Shown piece by piece: positions 55,718-64,000 of a DNA stretch of 64,000 nt (positions are counted from its first letter, which is position 1; the number at the start of each line of letters is the position of its first letter). A program made the position numbers and the translations under genes. Source of the stretch: an uncultured Chloroflexia bacterium (GTDB lineage Bacteria; Chloroflexota; Limnocylindria; Limnocylindrales; CSP1-4); contig CAWJIC010000008.1 of the NCBI GenBank assembly GCA_963842755.1, positions 240 through 64,239 of the forward strand. The letters are read 5' to 3'. The notes below the pieces were generated by a model. It did no database searches, was not told the DNA's origin, and saw only the letters and a list, made by a program, of their open reading frames with translations.

Positions 55718-56321
55718 GCGTCCTCCGCGTCGCCATGGCGGTCAGGCGGAAAGTCTACCGTTCGCGCGGGAAACCGCCAGCGAGCCGATCGACAGGCGCA
55801 GAGGATTTCCATACCGATCTGGCCGGCGGGCGCCACGGACACAGGCGGCTCGGTGACACCGCCGCCCCACGGATCGACAGCCTCGCGGGACGCCGCGAGA
55901 GGCGGGCCCATCCGGCGTGTCCGATCAGATGCCTACCTGAACCGCGACGCGGCGGCTCGCGGCTACGCGGTCGTTGTCTGGCGTGTCCATGTCTCGATCG
56001 CTCTGCGCGCTGCCCCGCCTCGCCGAGCGCCATTCCTCAGCTGCTTCGATCGGCATGCTCCGAACCTCCAATATGGCATGCGCACGCCCAACTCATGTCG
56101 GGCGCGCTCCTCTCCCTAGTGAGGCGTGCGACCTTTGGCACCGCAGCGGCCGACAGAGCGCGAACTCGTACGACCAATGGCGCTGTAGCACTCTGGATCA
56201 GGCGCGCTAGCTAGGCGAACGCGAGTTCGGACTCCTGTCCACCATGGTCCTCTGACCACGTATCGGGATCACGTCGGCAGGCAGGAGCCCGGCCAGAGCG
56301 AGGCCTCGTCCACGTCACCTG

Positions 56322-56564
56322 TTGACGCACGGCATCGGCACGTCGGAGGTCACCGAACGACCGCTGCGGGTCACACCCAAGCTCGTCCGACAGACCATCG
56401 ATGAGATGACCGGGATCTTGGAGTACGCCCCGCTCGACACCCGCGTGGCTTGGGTCCGGGACCTGTTCGAGCGAATTGACGTCGACAGCCGCGAGAGCCA
56501 CGCGGTCGCGGTCTGGAAGGCCGCAACCGATGAAGGTGTTAACCGGTCGGATTTCAGTAAGTGA
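56322..56564 (+). pseudogene. Possible C-terminal remnant of a recombinase-type gene
   Basis: GC3-rich frame with a TTG start only. The ending ..VAWVRDLFERIDVDSRESHAVAVWK.. loosely resembles serine-recombinase C-termini. Confidence 0.25.
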
Positions 56565-56835
56565 GTGGCTCCGGCGGGTCGACAACGGCTCAGAACATCC
56601 GTGAGAACCGTTGAGAAGCGAAGGAGATCGTCGCCGGCCCGATCGGCCTCGAAGCACAAGCTTGGGGCCAACGCCTCACCTGACTCAGACTCAGCGATCG
56701 CTGGCTCCGGCGGAGAGGTCACCCGCACCGGTGGAGGAATCAAGTAGACATCGCACAACGGGGCTCATACCTGGTCTAGCATCGGTTCGGCATCACGGTC
56801 GCGCGCGTCGCCGCTAGAACGAGGAGGTCCCAACG

Positions 56836-57972
56836 GTTCGTTTCATCCACACCGCGGATCTCCAGCTTGGGATGACCCGGCGCTTCCTCGACGAGGACGC
56901 GCAGGCGAGATACGCCCAGGCGCGGATCGATCGCCTGACGGCGATCGGCCGGATCGCGGCCGCCGAGCAGGCCGAGTTCGTGGTGGTGGCTGGCGACGTC
57001 TTCGAGACGAACCGCGTACGACCCAGGACGGTCGGTCGGGCGCTTCAGGCGATGGCCTCCATCCCGGTGCCGGTCTACCTCCTTCCCGGCAACCACGACC
57101 CGCTTGATGCCGCGACGGTGTACCGCTCACCTACCTTCGCCCGCTCCGTGCCGCCGAACGTCGTCGTCCTCGATCGTTCCGACCCGGTCGACGTTCGAGA
57201 GGGCGTCCAGGTCATCGGGGCACCGTGGACCACGAAGCGGCCGCTGCTAGACCTGGTCGCGGCGGCCTACGATCCGCTGGTCGCCGATCCGGAATGCGTG
57301 CGGATACTCGTCGGTCACGGGGCGGTGGACTACATGGGCGAGTTCCACGACCCGTCGACGATCCGGCTGGCCGCCGCCGAGGCTGCCATCGCCGACGGCA
57401 AGGTGCAGTACATCGCCCTCGGAGACCGGCATTCGACGACGCAGGTCGGCGAGACCGGGAGGATCTGGTACGCGGGCGCACCCGAACCGACCGCCCATGA
57501 CGAGACGGACGCGGGAAACGTCCTGCTCGTCGACTTGGAGGACGGCGACTGCACGGTGACCCCGCGGCCGATCGGGACGTGGCGGTTCGTGGCTGAAACG
57601 CTGGAGCTCGACGGGGCGTCGGGCCCCGAAACGCTGCTCGATCGGCTCGACCAACTGCCAACCAAGGATCGGTCGATCGTCCGGCTGACCCTCTTGGGGG
57701 TGCTCTCGCTGACGCAGTACACGCGCCTCCAGGAGATCATCGAGGAGGCCCGTGAGGTCTTCGGATCGATCGAGGAGTGGGAACCCTCGAGTCGATTGCT
57801 GGTCCGACCCGAAGACGACGACTTCGCCGACCTGGGCCTCAGCGGCTTCGCGAAGAGCGCGGTCGCCCGACTTCGCGCCGAAGCCGCGGGCGGCGGCCCC
57901 GATGCCGAGACCGCGCGCGACGCGCTGTCGCTCCTGGTGCGCCTCGTCCACGGGCGCGGGGCGAGCGTATGA
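56836..57972 (+). CDS. SbcD/Mre11-like metallophosphoesterase
   Basis: In-frame upstream of the first ATG (56872) the sequence reads VRFIHTADLQLG (motif I). Downstream motifs are FVVVAGDVFE and LLPGNHD. No canonical start codon exists between the stop at 56815 and 56872. A GTT sits 8 nt after GAGGAGG. Confidence 0.7.
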   Translation, partial: VRFIHTADLQLGMTRRFLDEDAQARYAQARIDRLTAIGRIAAAEQAEFVVVAGDVFETNRVRPRTVGRALQAMASIPVPVYLLPGNHDPLDAATVYRSPTFARSVPPNVVVLDRSDPVDVREGVQVIGAPWTTKRPLLDLVAAAYDPLVADPECVRILVGHGAVDYMGEFHDPSTIRLAAAEAAIADGKVQYIALGDRHSTTQVGETGRIWYAGAPEPTAHDETDAGNVLLVDLEDGDCTVTPRPIGTWRFVAETLELDGASGPETLLDRLDQLPTKDRSIVRLTLLGVLSLTQYTRLQEIIEEAREVFGSIEEWEPSSRLLVRPEDDDFADLGLSGFAKSAVARLRAEAAGGGPDAETARDALSLLVRLVHGRGASV

Positions 57973-60596
57973 GGATCCTCAGGATCGCGCTCCGCAACTA
58001 TCGCGGCGTCAGTGACCGCACGGTGGAGTTCGCTCCCGATGGCGTCACGATCGTCGAAGGCCCCAACGAGATCGGCAAGTCGAGCATCGCCGAAGCCATC
58101 GACCGGATCATCGAGGACCTGGATTCGACGACCAGGCAGCGGATCCAGGCGGTGAAGCCCGTCGACCGGGATGCCGGACCCGAGGTCATGATCGAGGCCG
58201 AAACCGGTCCCTACGCATTTCGCTACAAGAAGCGGTTCCTCCGCGACCGGGTCACGGAGCTGGAGATCTATCGGCCGCGGCCGGAGAACCACACCGGCCG
58301 AGAGGCGCACGAGCGGGTCCAGGCCATCCTGTCGGAGACCGTGGACATGGCCCTGTGGAAGGCGCTGCGCATGCAGCAGGGAGACGTCGTCGGACAGGCC
58401 GCGCTCGCCGATCAGACCTCGCTGTCCGCCGCCCTTGATCGCTCGGCGGGGGAGTCGCCCGCCGGCGGCGAGGAGGTGACGCTGTTCGGCCTCGCCCACG
58501 CGGAGTACCTGCAGTACTGGACGGAGACCGGTCGGCGAAAGCAAGCGGTCGCAGAGATGGAACGAGCCATCGAGCGAGCGACGCAGGAGATCGCCCGGAT
58601 CGAAGAAGCCATCCGCGGGATCGAGGCCGACGTCGAGGCAAGCGTACGACTGGAGGCCGAGGCGCGGAGATTGGTCGAACGAGGAGCGGAGCAACGGTCG
58701 AGGCTCGGCGAACACCAGGCGCGCGTCGACGCGCTCGCGAAGCTCGAGGCCGGGGTCGAGACGATCCAGGCCAGGTTCGACTCGGCGCAGCTCGCGGCCA
58801 ACGAGGCCCGGCGCGTCGAGAAGGCGCGCCAGGACGCCATCTCGGCCGTTGCGGCCGCGAGGTCCGCCCAGGAACGGCTTGACGCCGCGGGACGGGAGGA
58901 CGGACCGCAGCTCGAGGGCGCCCAGGCACGCGTCGATGCTGCCGACACGGCGGTGGCCGAAGCCCGGCTGGGGCGAGAGGCGGCGGCGACCCTGGCCGAC
59001 GAGCGACAGGAACGCCTCTCGCAGTTGCGTGACGCGGCCGATCTGGCCGCACTGCTGGAGCGCAGCGAGCGCGTCGCGGCGGCCTTCGCAGCGCTGCAGG
59101 CGGCCGCCGCGGACGCCGCACTCTCGGTCGACATGACGTTGCTGGCGTCCATCCGAGACCAGCATCGGACCGTGGAGCTGGCACGCGCTCGGCTCGAGGC
59201 GACCCGCCCGCTCGTCCGCGTGGAGGCGTTCGCGGATCTCGTCGGCCTCGTTGACGGACTCGAGGTGAAGCTGCCCGCGGGCACCCGGCTGGAACGTCGT
59301 GTGGATCAGTCGCTCGAGCTCACCTTTCCCGACATCGCGTCCCTCTCGGTCGTGGTCGGAGCGGCGGGCGACCTGACCAGCACGGAGCTGGAAGCGGCCG
59401 AGGGTCAGCTGGGCGATCTGCTCCGGGTAGCAGGCGCCACGGATCTCGCGGACGCGGAGCGATTGCACAAGTCTCGCGAGGACGCAGGGCGGACGGTGAC
59501 CGAGCAGAAGCGCGTGTTGCGAGAGAACCTTCGCGATCTCACGCTGGATGCTCTTGAGGAACGGATCGCCGCCCTGCGGGGGCGGATGACGACGGCCGAA
59601 GCGCCACCCGTGGGGGCGCGAGACGATGACGAGGAGGACGTGCGCCGTTCGACAGAAGAGGCCCAACGAGCCCTCAGCGCGACGGAGCAGTCGGTCAGAG
59701 CAGCCGAGCAGGAATGGCAGGCGGCACGCACGAGGCTCGCTGAGATCGAGGTAGCCCTGAGCGAGCGCAACACGGAGCTTCGGCTGGCGACGGAGGAGTT
59801 CGAGCGACGCGAGGCCGCGCTTGCGGCAGAGCGCGCCGAAGCGTCGGACGAGTCCGTCGCAAAGAGTCTGCGGACGGCCGGAGAAGTCGAGGAAACCCGC
59901 CGGGCGGAGCTTGACGAAGCCAGGGCCGAACTGTCACGAGAGGGTCCGGATCAGGCTCGCGAGATGCTTGCCAATGCCACGCAAGCCCTCGCGCGCGTGG
60001 ATGCCGAGACCAGGCAGGTCCAGGACGAGTTGCTGCAAGTCACGACACGGCTCCGCGATCACGGCGAGGACGGACTTGCCGAGGATCTCCAGGAAGCGGA
60101 GGCGGACAAGGATCAGGCCGAGCTCGAGCTGCGGCGCTACCGGGCCCACGCGGCGGCCCGGAAGCTGCTGTACGAGACGCTCCGAGCGGAACGCGAAGCG
60201 GCGCGGAGATCCTATGTCGCGCCGCTCCGGCGGGAGATCGAGAACCTCGGGAAGATCGTGTTTGGCCCCGACTTCGCCGTGGATCTCGACGACCTGAACC
60301 TGTCGGTCGTCAGTCGAACGCTCCAGGGTCGGACGATCCCGTACGGCAGCCTGAGCATCGGTGCCCAGGAGCAGATCGCCTTAATCTCGAGGCTCGCGTG
60401 CGCGACGATCGTGGCTCCCGACGGCGGCGTCCCCGTCATCGTTGACGACGCGCTCGGGAACTCCGACCCGCAGCGACTCGAGGCCATGGGGGCTGTCCTG
60501 GCCGTCGCGGGTCGCCAGAGCCAGATCATCGTCCTCACATGCCAGCCGGACCGGTACGAACACGTCGGAGGGGCACATGTCGTCCGGCTGTCCTAA
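57969..60596 (+). CDS. SbcC/Rad50-like AAA ATPase with a long coiled coil
   Basis: MRILRIALRNYRGV..VEGPNEIGKSSIAEAI (Walker A), then ~550 aa of Ala/Glu/Arg-rich coil. The C-terminus has LSIGAQEQIALISRL and PVIVDDALGNSD (signature and Walker B). ATGA overlap with the phosphoesterase gene. Confidence 0.85.
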   Translation: MRILRIALRNYRGVSDRTVEFAPDGVTIVEGPNEIGKSSIAEAIDRIIEDLDSTTRQRIQAVKPVDRDAGPEVMIEAETGPYAFRYKKRFLRDRVTELEIYRPRPENHTGREAHERVQAILSETVDMALWKALRMQQGDVVGQAALADQTSLSAALDRSAGESPAGGEEVTLFGLAHAEYLQYWTETGRRKQAVAEMERAIERATQEIARIEEAIRGIEADVEASVRLEAEARRLVERGAEQRSRLGEHQARVDALAKLEAGVETIQARFDSAQLAANEARRVEKARQDAISAVAAARSAQERLDAAGREDGPQLEGAQARVDAADTAVAEARLGREAAATLADERQERLSQLRDAADLAALLERSERVAAAFAALQAAAADAALSVDMTLLASIRDQHRTVELARARLEATRPLVRVEAFADLVGLVDGLEVKLPAGTRLERRVDQSLELTFPDIASLSVVVGAAGDLTSTELEAAEGQLGDLLRVAGATDLADAERLHKSREDAGRTVTEQKRVLRENLRDLTLDALEERIAALRGRMTTAEAPPVGARDDDEEDVRRSTEEAQRALSATEQSVRAAEQEWQAARTRLAEIEVALSERNTELRLATEEFERREAALAAERAEASDESVAKSLRTAGEVEETRRAELDEARAELSREGPDQAREMLANATQALARVDAETRQVQDELLQVTTRLRDHGEDGLAEDLQEAEADKDQAELELRRYRAHAAARKLLYETLRAEREAARRSYVAPLRREIENLGKIVFGPDFAVDLDDLNLSVVSRTLQGRTIPYGSLSIGAQEQIALISRLACATIVAPDGGVPVIVDDALGNSDPQRLEAMGAVLAVAGRQSQIIVLTCQPDRYEHVGGAHVVRLS

Positions 60597-60696
60597 GTTC
60601 AGCAGTGCAGTTGCCCCGAACGAGCCACCAGCTTCAGAGGCTGGCTGAAACGGGTGGGTTTGGTGCGAGGCGAGATCGTCGGCGACGCGGAGCATG

Positions 60697-61365
60697 CTAC
60701 GCGACCCCGTGCCGGCGCTGAAACACGATTCTGCGACACGGCGGGCACCGATTGGGTCTGGGCCGCTCGACCGACCGGAACCGCTGGCCGCATCGGTCGC
60801 AGACGATGCTGCTGCTCCCTGGACCACGAAGGCGCTCGACCTCGCTCTGTCTCCCGGCTTCGTAGTGGTGACTGCAGAGTTGCGGCCAGATTCCCGTACT
60901 CCCGACAAGGACCAGTTGCCCTACGGTTGCCAAGCTAGGACAGCCAGCCCCGGGTGCGAGTTCAGCTCGACATGTTGCCCACTTAGGCCACGAGATCTGG
61001 GCCATTCGTCGTCGGATCTCGTCGTCTCTCCGCTGCGCGGCGTGACGCCAGCAGATGGTCTCGCCGGACCTGGTAGCTACTCGACAGCGCTCGCCGTCTT
61101 GGCGCGTCTCTGAGCAGTTGCGGCTTGGCTCAGCGGGTTCGGCAGGCGGATGGGACGTTGTTCGTGCGCGCCTGGTTCTCGCGGTCTTCTCGCGGGCGCG
61201 CAAGTGCGCCGTGGCGCGGTACTCCTCGTATCGGCTCGGCGACGTCCGTATCGATCGAAGGAGTTCGCGAGGGCCGATCCACAACTCGCTGGCGACCTCG
61301 CCGATCGAATGGCCCTCCCTGAATGCCGCCGCGGCGGCGTTCCAGGCGAGATCGTCAAGGCGCAT
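60697..61365 (-). CDS. Hypothetical protein with an N-terminal HTH-like region and Cys-rich C-terminus
   Basis: MRLDDLAWNAAAAAFREGHSIGEVASELWIGPRELLR.. at the N-terminus, then CxxC-type pairs near the end. No family was recognised. Confidence 0.4.
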   Translation of the reverse strand: MRLDDLAWNAAAAAFREGHSIGEVASELWIGPRELLRSIRTSPSRYEEYRATAHLRAREKTARTRRARTTSHPPAEPAEPSRNCSETRQDGERCRVATRSGETICWRHAAQRRDDEIRRRMAQISWPKWATCRAELAPGAGCPSLATVGQLVLVGSTGIWPQLCSHHYEAGRQSEVERLRGPGSSSIVCDRCGQRFRSVERPRPNRCPPCRRIVFQRRHGVA

Positions 61366-61431
61366 GACTCTGTCGGTGCCCTGACGTCTGCGTGGCATTA
61401 CACAGTTCCCGATTCCAATGCCTGCCGTCGA

Positions 61432-61626
61432 TCATGCCTCGATATCCCCAAGATAACGCCGGAGCAACCGCTCGAGCTCCTCAGTCATGGGCCGCCCGGT
61501 CCCCGACACCACTCCTCCGCGGCGCCCCGCGATCCACTCGGCGCGTAGATGCTCCCGGAGCCGCTTGCGGCGCTCCTGGGTCGAGACCGACTGCTCGCGA
61601 CGTGCCTGGTTCGACCCGCAGCGCAC
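61432..61626 (-). CDS. Hypothetical small protein
   Basis: GC3-rich frame. It shares a GRPMT-acidic-helix motif with the overlapping upstream frame. Confidence 0.3.
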   Translation of the reverse strand: MRCGSNQARREQSVSTQERRKRLREHLRAEWIAGRRGGVVSGTGRPMTEELERLLRRYLGDIEA

Positions 61627-61962
61627 GGCTGAATACCTTCTCGAACTCGTCAGCCGTCATCGGCCGTCCCTTCCGCTTGCGCCACTCTTCCTCGCCTTCC
61701 GCGATGATTTCGTGCAACCGCTGAACCGCCCTGACTTCGGTGGTGCGTAGTGTGAGCACCGCCCTCGACCGACGTGCGAGGGTTCGCTCACGACGGTGGC
61801 TCAACTTTGGTGGGCCCCGTGACGCTGGCTTTGGTGACAAGTGCCGCCGTCCTCGCTGACGAGCGGGCCAGGCATGGCTTCATAGGAGCGTGGCTGTTAC
61901 CTCAACGCACATTTGCCCGCCTGGCCCGCGGCCATCGTACTCGCGGTGAAGGAGGAGCGACG

Positions 61963-62538
61963 ATGCGCGTGGTCGGCATCGACACTCACAAGGCGACGCT
62001 CGCGGCGTGCGCCATCGACGAGGTCGGGCAGGTCCTCGGCGAGCAGACGTTCCCGAACGACCCAGCGGGCTTCGAGGCGCTGCTGGCTGGCTCCGCGAGC
62101 TCGCCGGCGTCGAGCCGGATCGGCCTCGAGGGCTCGGCCGGCTACGGCGCCGCGGCGGCGCGCTTCCTGCTGGCCGCCGGCGGGCCGCCGCTGGAGGTCC
62201 CGCCGCAGCTCAGCCACCGGGAGCGGCTCCGGACGCGACGGGCCGGCAAGAGCGATCCCGGCGACGCCCTCGCGATCGCCCGGGTGACCCTCCGGGAGGC
62301 CGACCTGCCGCCGGTCCGGATGGCCGACGCGAGCCGCGAGATCCAGCTGCTCGTCGAGGCCCGCGAGGATCTCGTGGCCGAGGCGACCCGGATCCGCAAC
62401 CGCCTCCACGCCGATCTCGTCGTCCTCGTCCCCGGGTACGGCGAACGGGCCGCGAACCTCGTCGCGGTCCGTCACCAGCAGACGGTCGCTCGGCATTCCA
62501 CGCTCATGCCACAACGCTTAGGCCGAACTACTTCGTAA
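61963..62538 (+). pseudogene. IS110-family recombinase, N-terminal (DEDD/RuvC-like) domain only
   Basis: MRVVGIDTHKATLAACAIDE..IGLEGSAGYG..KSDPGDALAIARV..LVEAREDLVAEATRIRNRLHADL. A GAAGGAGGA Shine-Dalgarno sequence is present. The C-terminal Tnp domain is missing, and homology ends near 62490, next to the tRNA-like stub. Confidence 0.75.
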
Positions 62539-62576
62539 ACAGCAGGTCCTCGGTTCAAATCCGAGTGTCGGCTCCA
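62532..62576 (+). other. tRNA-Thr(CGU) 3' half (anticodon loop to CCA)
   Basis: Loop TTCGTAA (U33, CGU, A37), stem ACAGC, variable AGGTC, T-arm CTCGG-TTCAAAT-CCGAG, acceptor TGTCGGC-T-CCA. Upstream GCCGAAC matches only 5 of 7 acceptor pairs, and the D-arm and 5' anticodon stem are absent. Confidence 0.6.
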
Positions 62577-62590
62577 TCAATCTGAACTCA

Positions 62591-62614
62591 GAAGCCGGCC
62601 TGTAGGCCGGCTTC
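62591..62614 (+). terminator. Rho-independent-type hairpin GAAGCCGGCC-tgta-GGCCGGCTTC
   Basis: Perfect 10-bp GC-rich stem, followed by only TT. Confidence 0.5.
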
Positions 62615-62666
62615 TTGGCTGCCCTGGACCTGCCGTGTAGCCAGGAATGTAGCCAGGGCATCGCCG

Positions 62667-63190
62667 CTAGCCTCCGAGCAGTCGCTCCATGCGCGTTGCG
62701 GCGTCTCGCTGCAGCTCGGGCGCAACATGGGTGTAGAGGTTCATCGTCAGGCGGATATCGCTATGGCCGAGGGTCTCCATCACGACCCTGGCCGCAATGC
62801 CCTGCGCGAGCATCAACGACGCGCAGCTATGCCGTAGGTCGTGAAACGTGATCTGCGGCAGTTCAGCCGCAGCCAGAATCCGATGGAGCCGCCGCGTGAT
62901 GGTCGGCCCGTCGAGTGGCGTCCCGATCGAGGTCGTGAAGACGAGGTCCGTCTCGATCCACCGTTGGCCAGCCAGCAGTCGGTCCTGGAGCTGGCGCGTC
63001 CGATGCGATCGCAGGGCGGCCGTGACCGATGGTGTCAGTGCCAGTGTTCGGCGACTCCGCTCCGTCTTCGGGTCGACAGAGTCGCGGACGGGTGACCCTT
63101 GAGAGCGCCTTCATGACCCTGAGCTCCTCGGCGTCGAGGTCGACGTCACTCCATCGGAGGCCCATTACCTCGCCCTGCCGCATGCTCTGG
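62667..63190 (-). pseudogene. Phage-type tyrosine integrase, C-terminal catalytic part, frameshifted and N-terminally truncated
   Basis: ..MRQGEVMGLRWSDVDLDAEELRVMKAL reads in one frame. PKTERSRRTLALTPSVTAAL..ITFHDLRHSCASLML..LGHSDIRLTMNLYTHV..RMERLLGG reads in another. Confidence 0.75.
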
Positions 63191-63324
63191 ATACGTGAGC
63201 TGAAGCCACGCAAGGGCCTCATCCAGGAGCTGCTGGGCATCGCCCGTCAGGTCGCCGATTAATGGCATCCCTTCGCCTCGGTCTGGTGTCTGGCCCGTCC
63301 GCGGATGTGCTCAACCCGCGCCCC

Positions 63325-63903
63325 GCCTACCGCCCTCGGATCGTAAGCGACCGAGTGCGGCCCGTCGACGCGGACACCAGTTGGTACTCGGCGCCACCGA
63401 AGCTCGTCGTGCCGGTCGTGTTGCCGCTCGCCCACGTGCGAGCCGACTCAGGTTGCGCACCGTCATACGGCAGTGTCGCGATGTACCGAGGAAGTCGTCG
63501 AATGCGAGCATCGCCATCGCCGGTGCCGTACCACAGGACGGTCGGCGTCGACGGACCGGATGGCGGTGGGGCTCGAGCCGATGATGTCGACGCGCCACTC
63601 GATCGTCCCTGCCCCGTTTGTGCCCGTGCACGTGTAGCTGATCCCGTCGGCCAGGGTCGATCGACCGGTGCACGTGAGGCCCCTCTGCTGGAGATTGAGC
63701 TTCACGTCCGCCGCCGTGAGCCCAGGAATCGCGTTGCCGACATCGGCGACTCCGGGAGATGCCGCCTGCGACGCACCGGGCGACGTGCTTGGTGACGTGC
63801 GGGTGCTCCCACCAACGGCCGCAAGCACGACCAGGACGACGACCGCGGTGATGATCTTGCCTCGGCGCGAGAGGCCACCCCACCAAGCTCGAATCCGTTC
63901 CAT
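63325..63903 (-). pseudogene. Membrane-anchored or secreted hypothetical protein, probably one frameshift
   Basis: MERIRAWWGGLSRRGKIITAVVVLVVLAAVGG.. (signal anchor) ..GLTCTGRSTLADGISYTCTG... After about 63530 a different frame reads on (TVLWYGTGDGDARIRRLPRYIATLPYDGAQPESARTWASGNTTG..). Confidence 0.4.
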
Positions 63904-64000
63904 CGGGCTCCCTCCTCAGGTTCTTGCAGCCATGATACTCATCGTCTGCAGACTCATCGTCTGCAGCCCGCCTAGGTTCGGGCCATGGGCGGGACCGACG

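Noticed and set aside
61432-61840. A duplicated peptide motif (GRPMTADEFEKVF / GRPMTEELERLL) in two overlapping minus-strand frames, as evidence for a novel repeat protein.
   Set aside because: It is too short and the frames are ambiguous. It could equally be two small genes or one frameshifted gene. No family was recognised.

Overview
64-kb high-GC bacterial window. It looks Actinomycetota-like (GC3-rich coding, many 4-nt ATGA/GTGA gene overlaps, leaderless-type promoters), but that is inference only. All family calls come from motif recognition by eye, not from searches.

Five blocks:
1. 1-2.7 kb: IS pile-up. An IS5-type transposase, a decapitated and frameshifted rve-type IS copy, and an intact ~1.16-kb copy with ~27-bp terminal inverted repeats.
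2. 3.3-15.4 kb: fully intact catabolic locus. A translationally coupled minus-strand operon (ECF S-component / EcfT / EcfA / EcfA' / hydantoinase / M20 carbamoylase / D-aminoacylase / ThrC-like PLP enzyme) lies divergent from GntR / CN-hydrolase (beta-ureidopropionase-like) / long CysK-like PLP enzyme.
3. 15.9-42.2 kb: mosaic accessory region.
   - AbiEi/AbiEii and a frameshifted SEC-C protein.
   - Two ~205-bp direct repeats, each ending in a tRNA-Gln(CUG) 3' half. They bracket a 6.1-kb integrase-less cargo (HTH/RelE-like pair, TetR, methyltransferase, membrane proteins, pseudogenes).
   - A degenerate tRNA-Gly-like sequence and a tRNA-Pro 3' stub.
   - A 73-aa ORF with 27 consecutive prolines.
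   - A recombinase-in-trio (RIT) element with perfect 92-bp inverted repeats, inserted into an AAA_13-type ATPase gene that is also frameshifted.
   - A patch of gene stubs and an HNH nuclease.
4. 42.2-55.7 kb: molybdenum-hydroxylase locus with two large and two small subunits, a 513-bp perfect internal duplication, a 139-bp repeated 5' leader and a LysR regulator.
5. 56.3-64 kb: second accessory patch. SbcD/SbcC-like pair, truncated IS110 recombinase preceded by strongly structured non-coding DNA, tRNA-Thr(CGU) 3' half, terminator, integrase pseudogene.

No rRNA, intact tRNA or CRISPR array was seen. Frameshifts, truncations and nonsense codons are concentrated in the accessory blocks.
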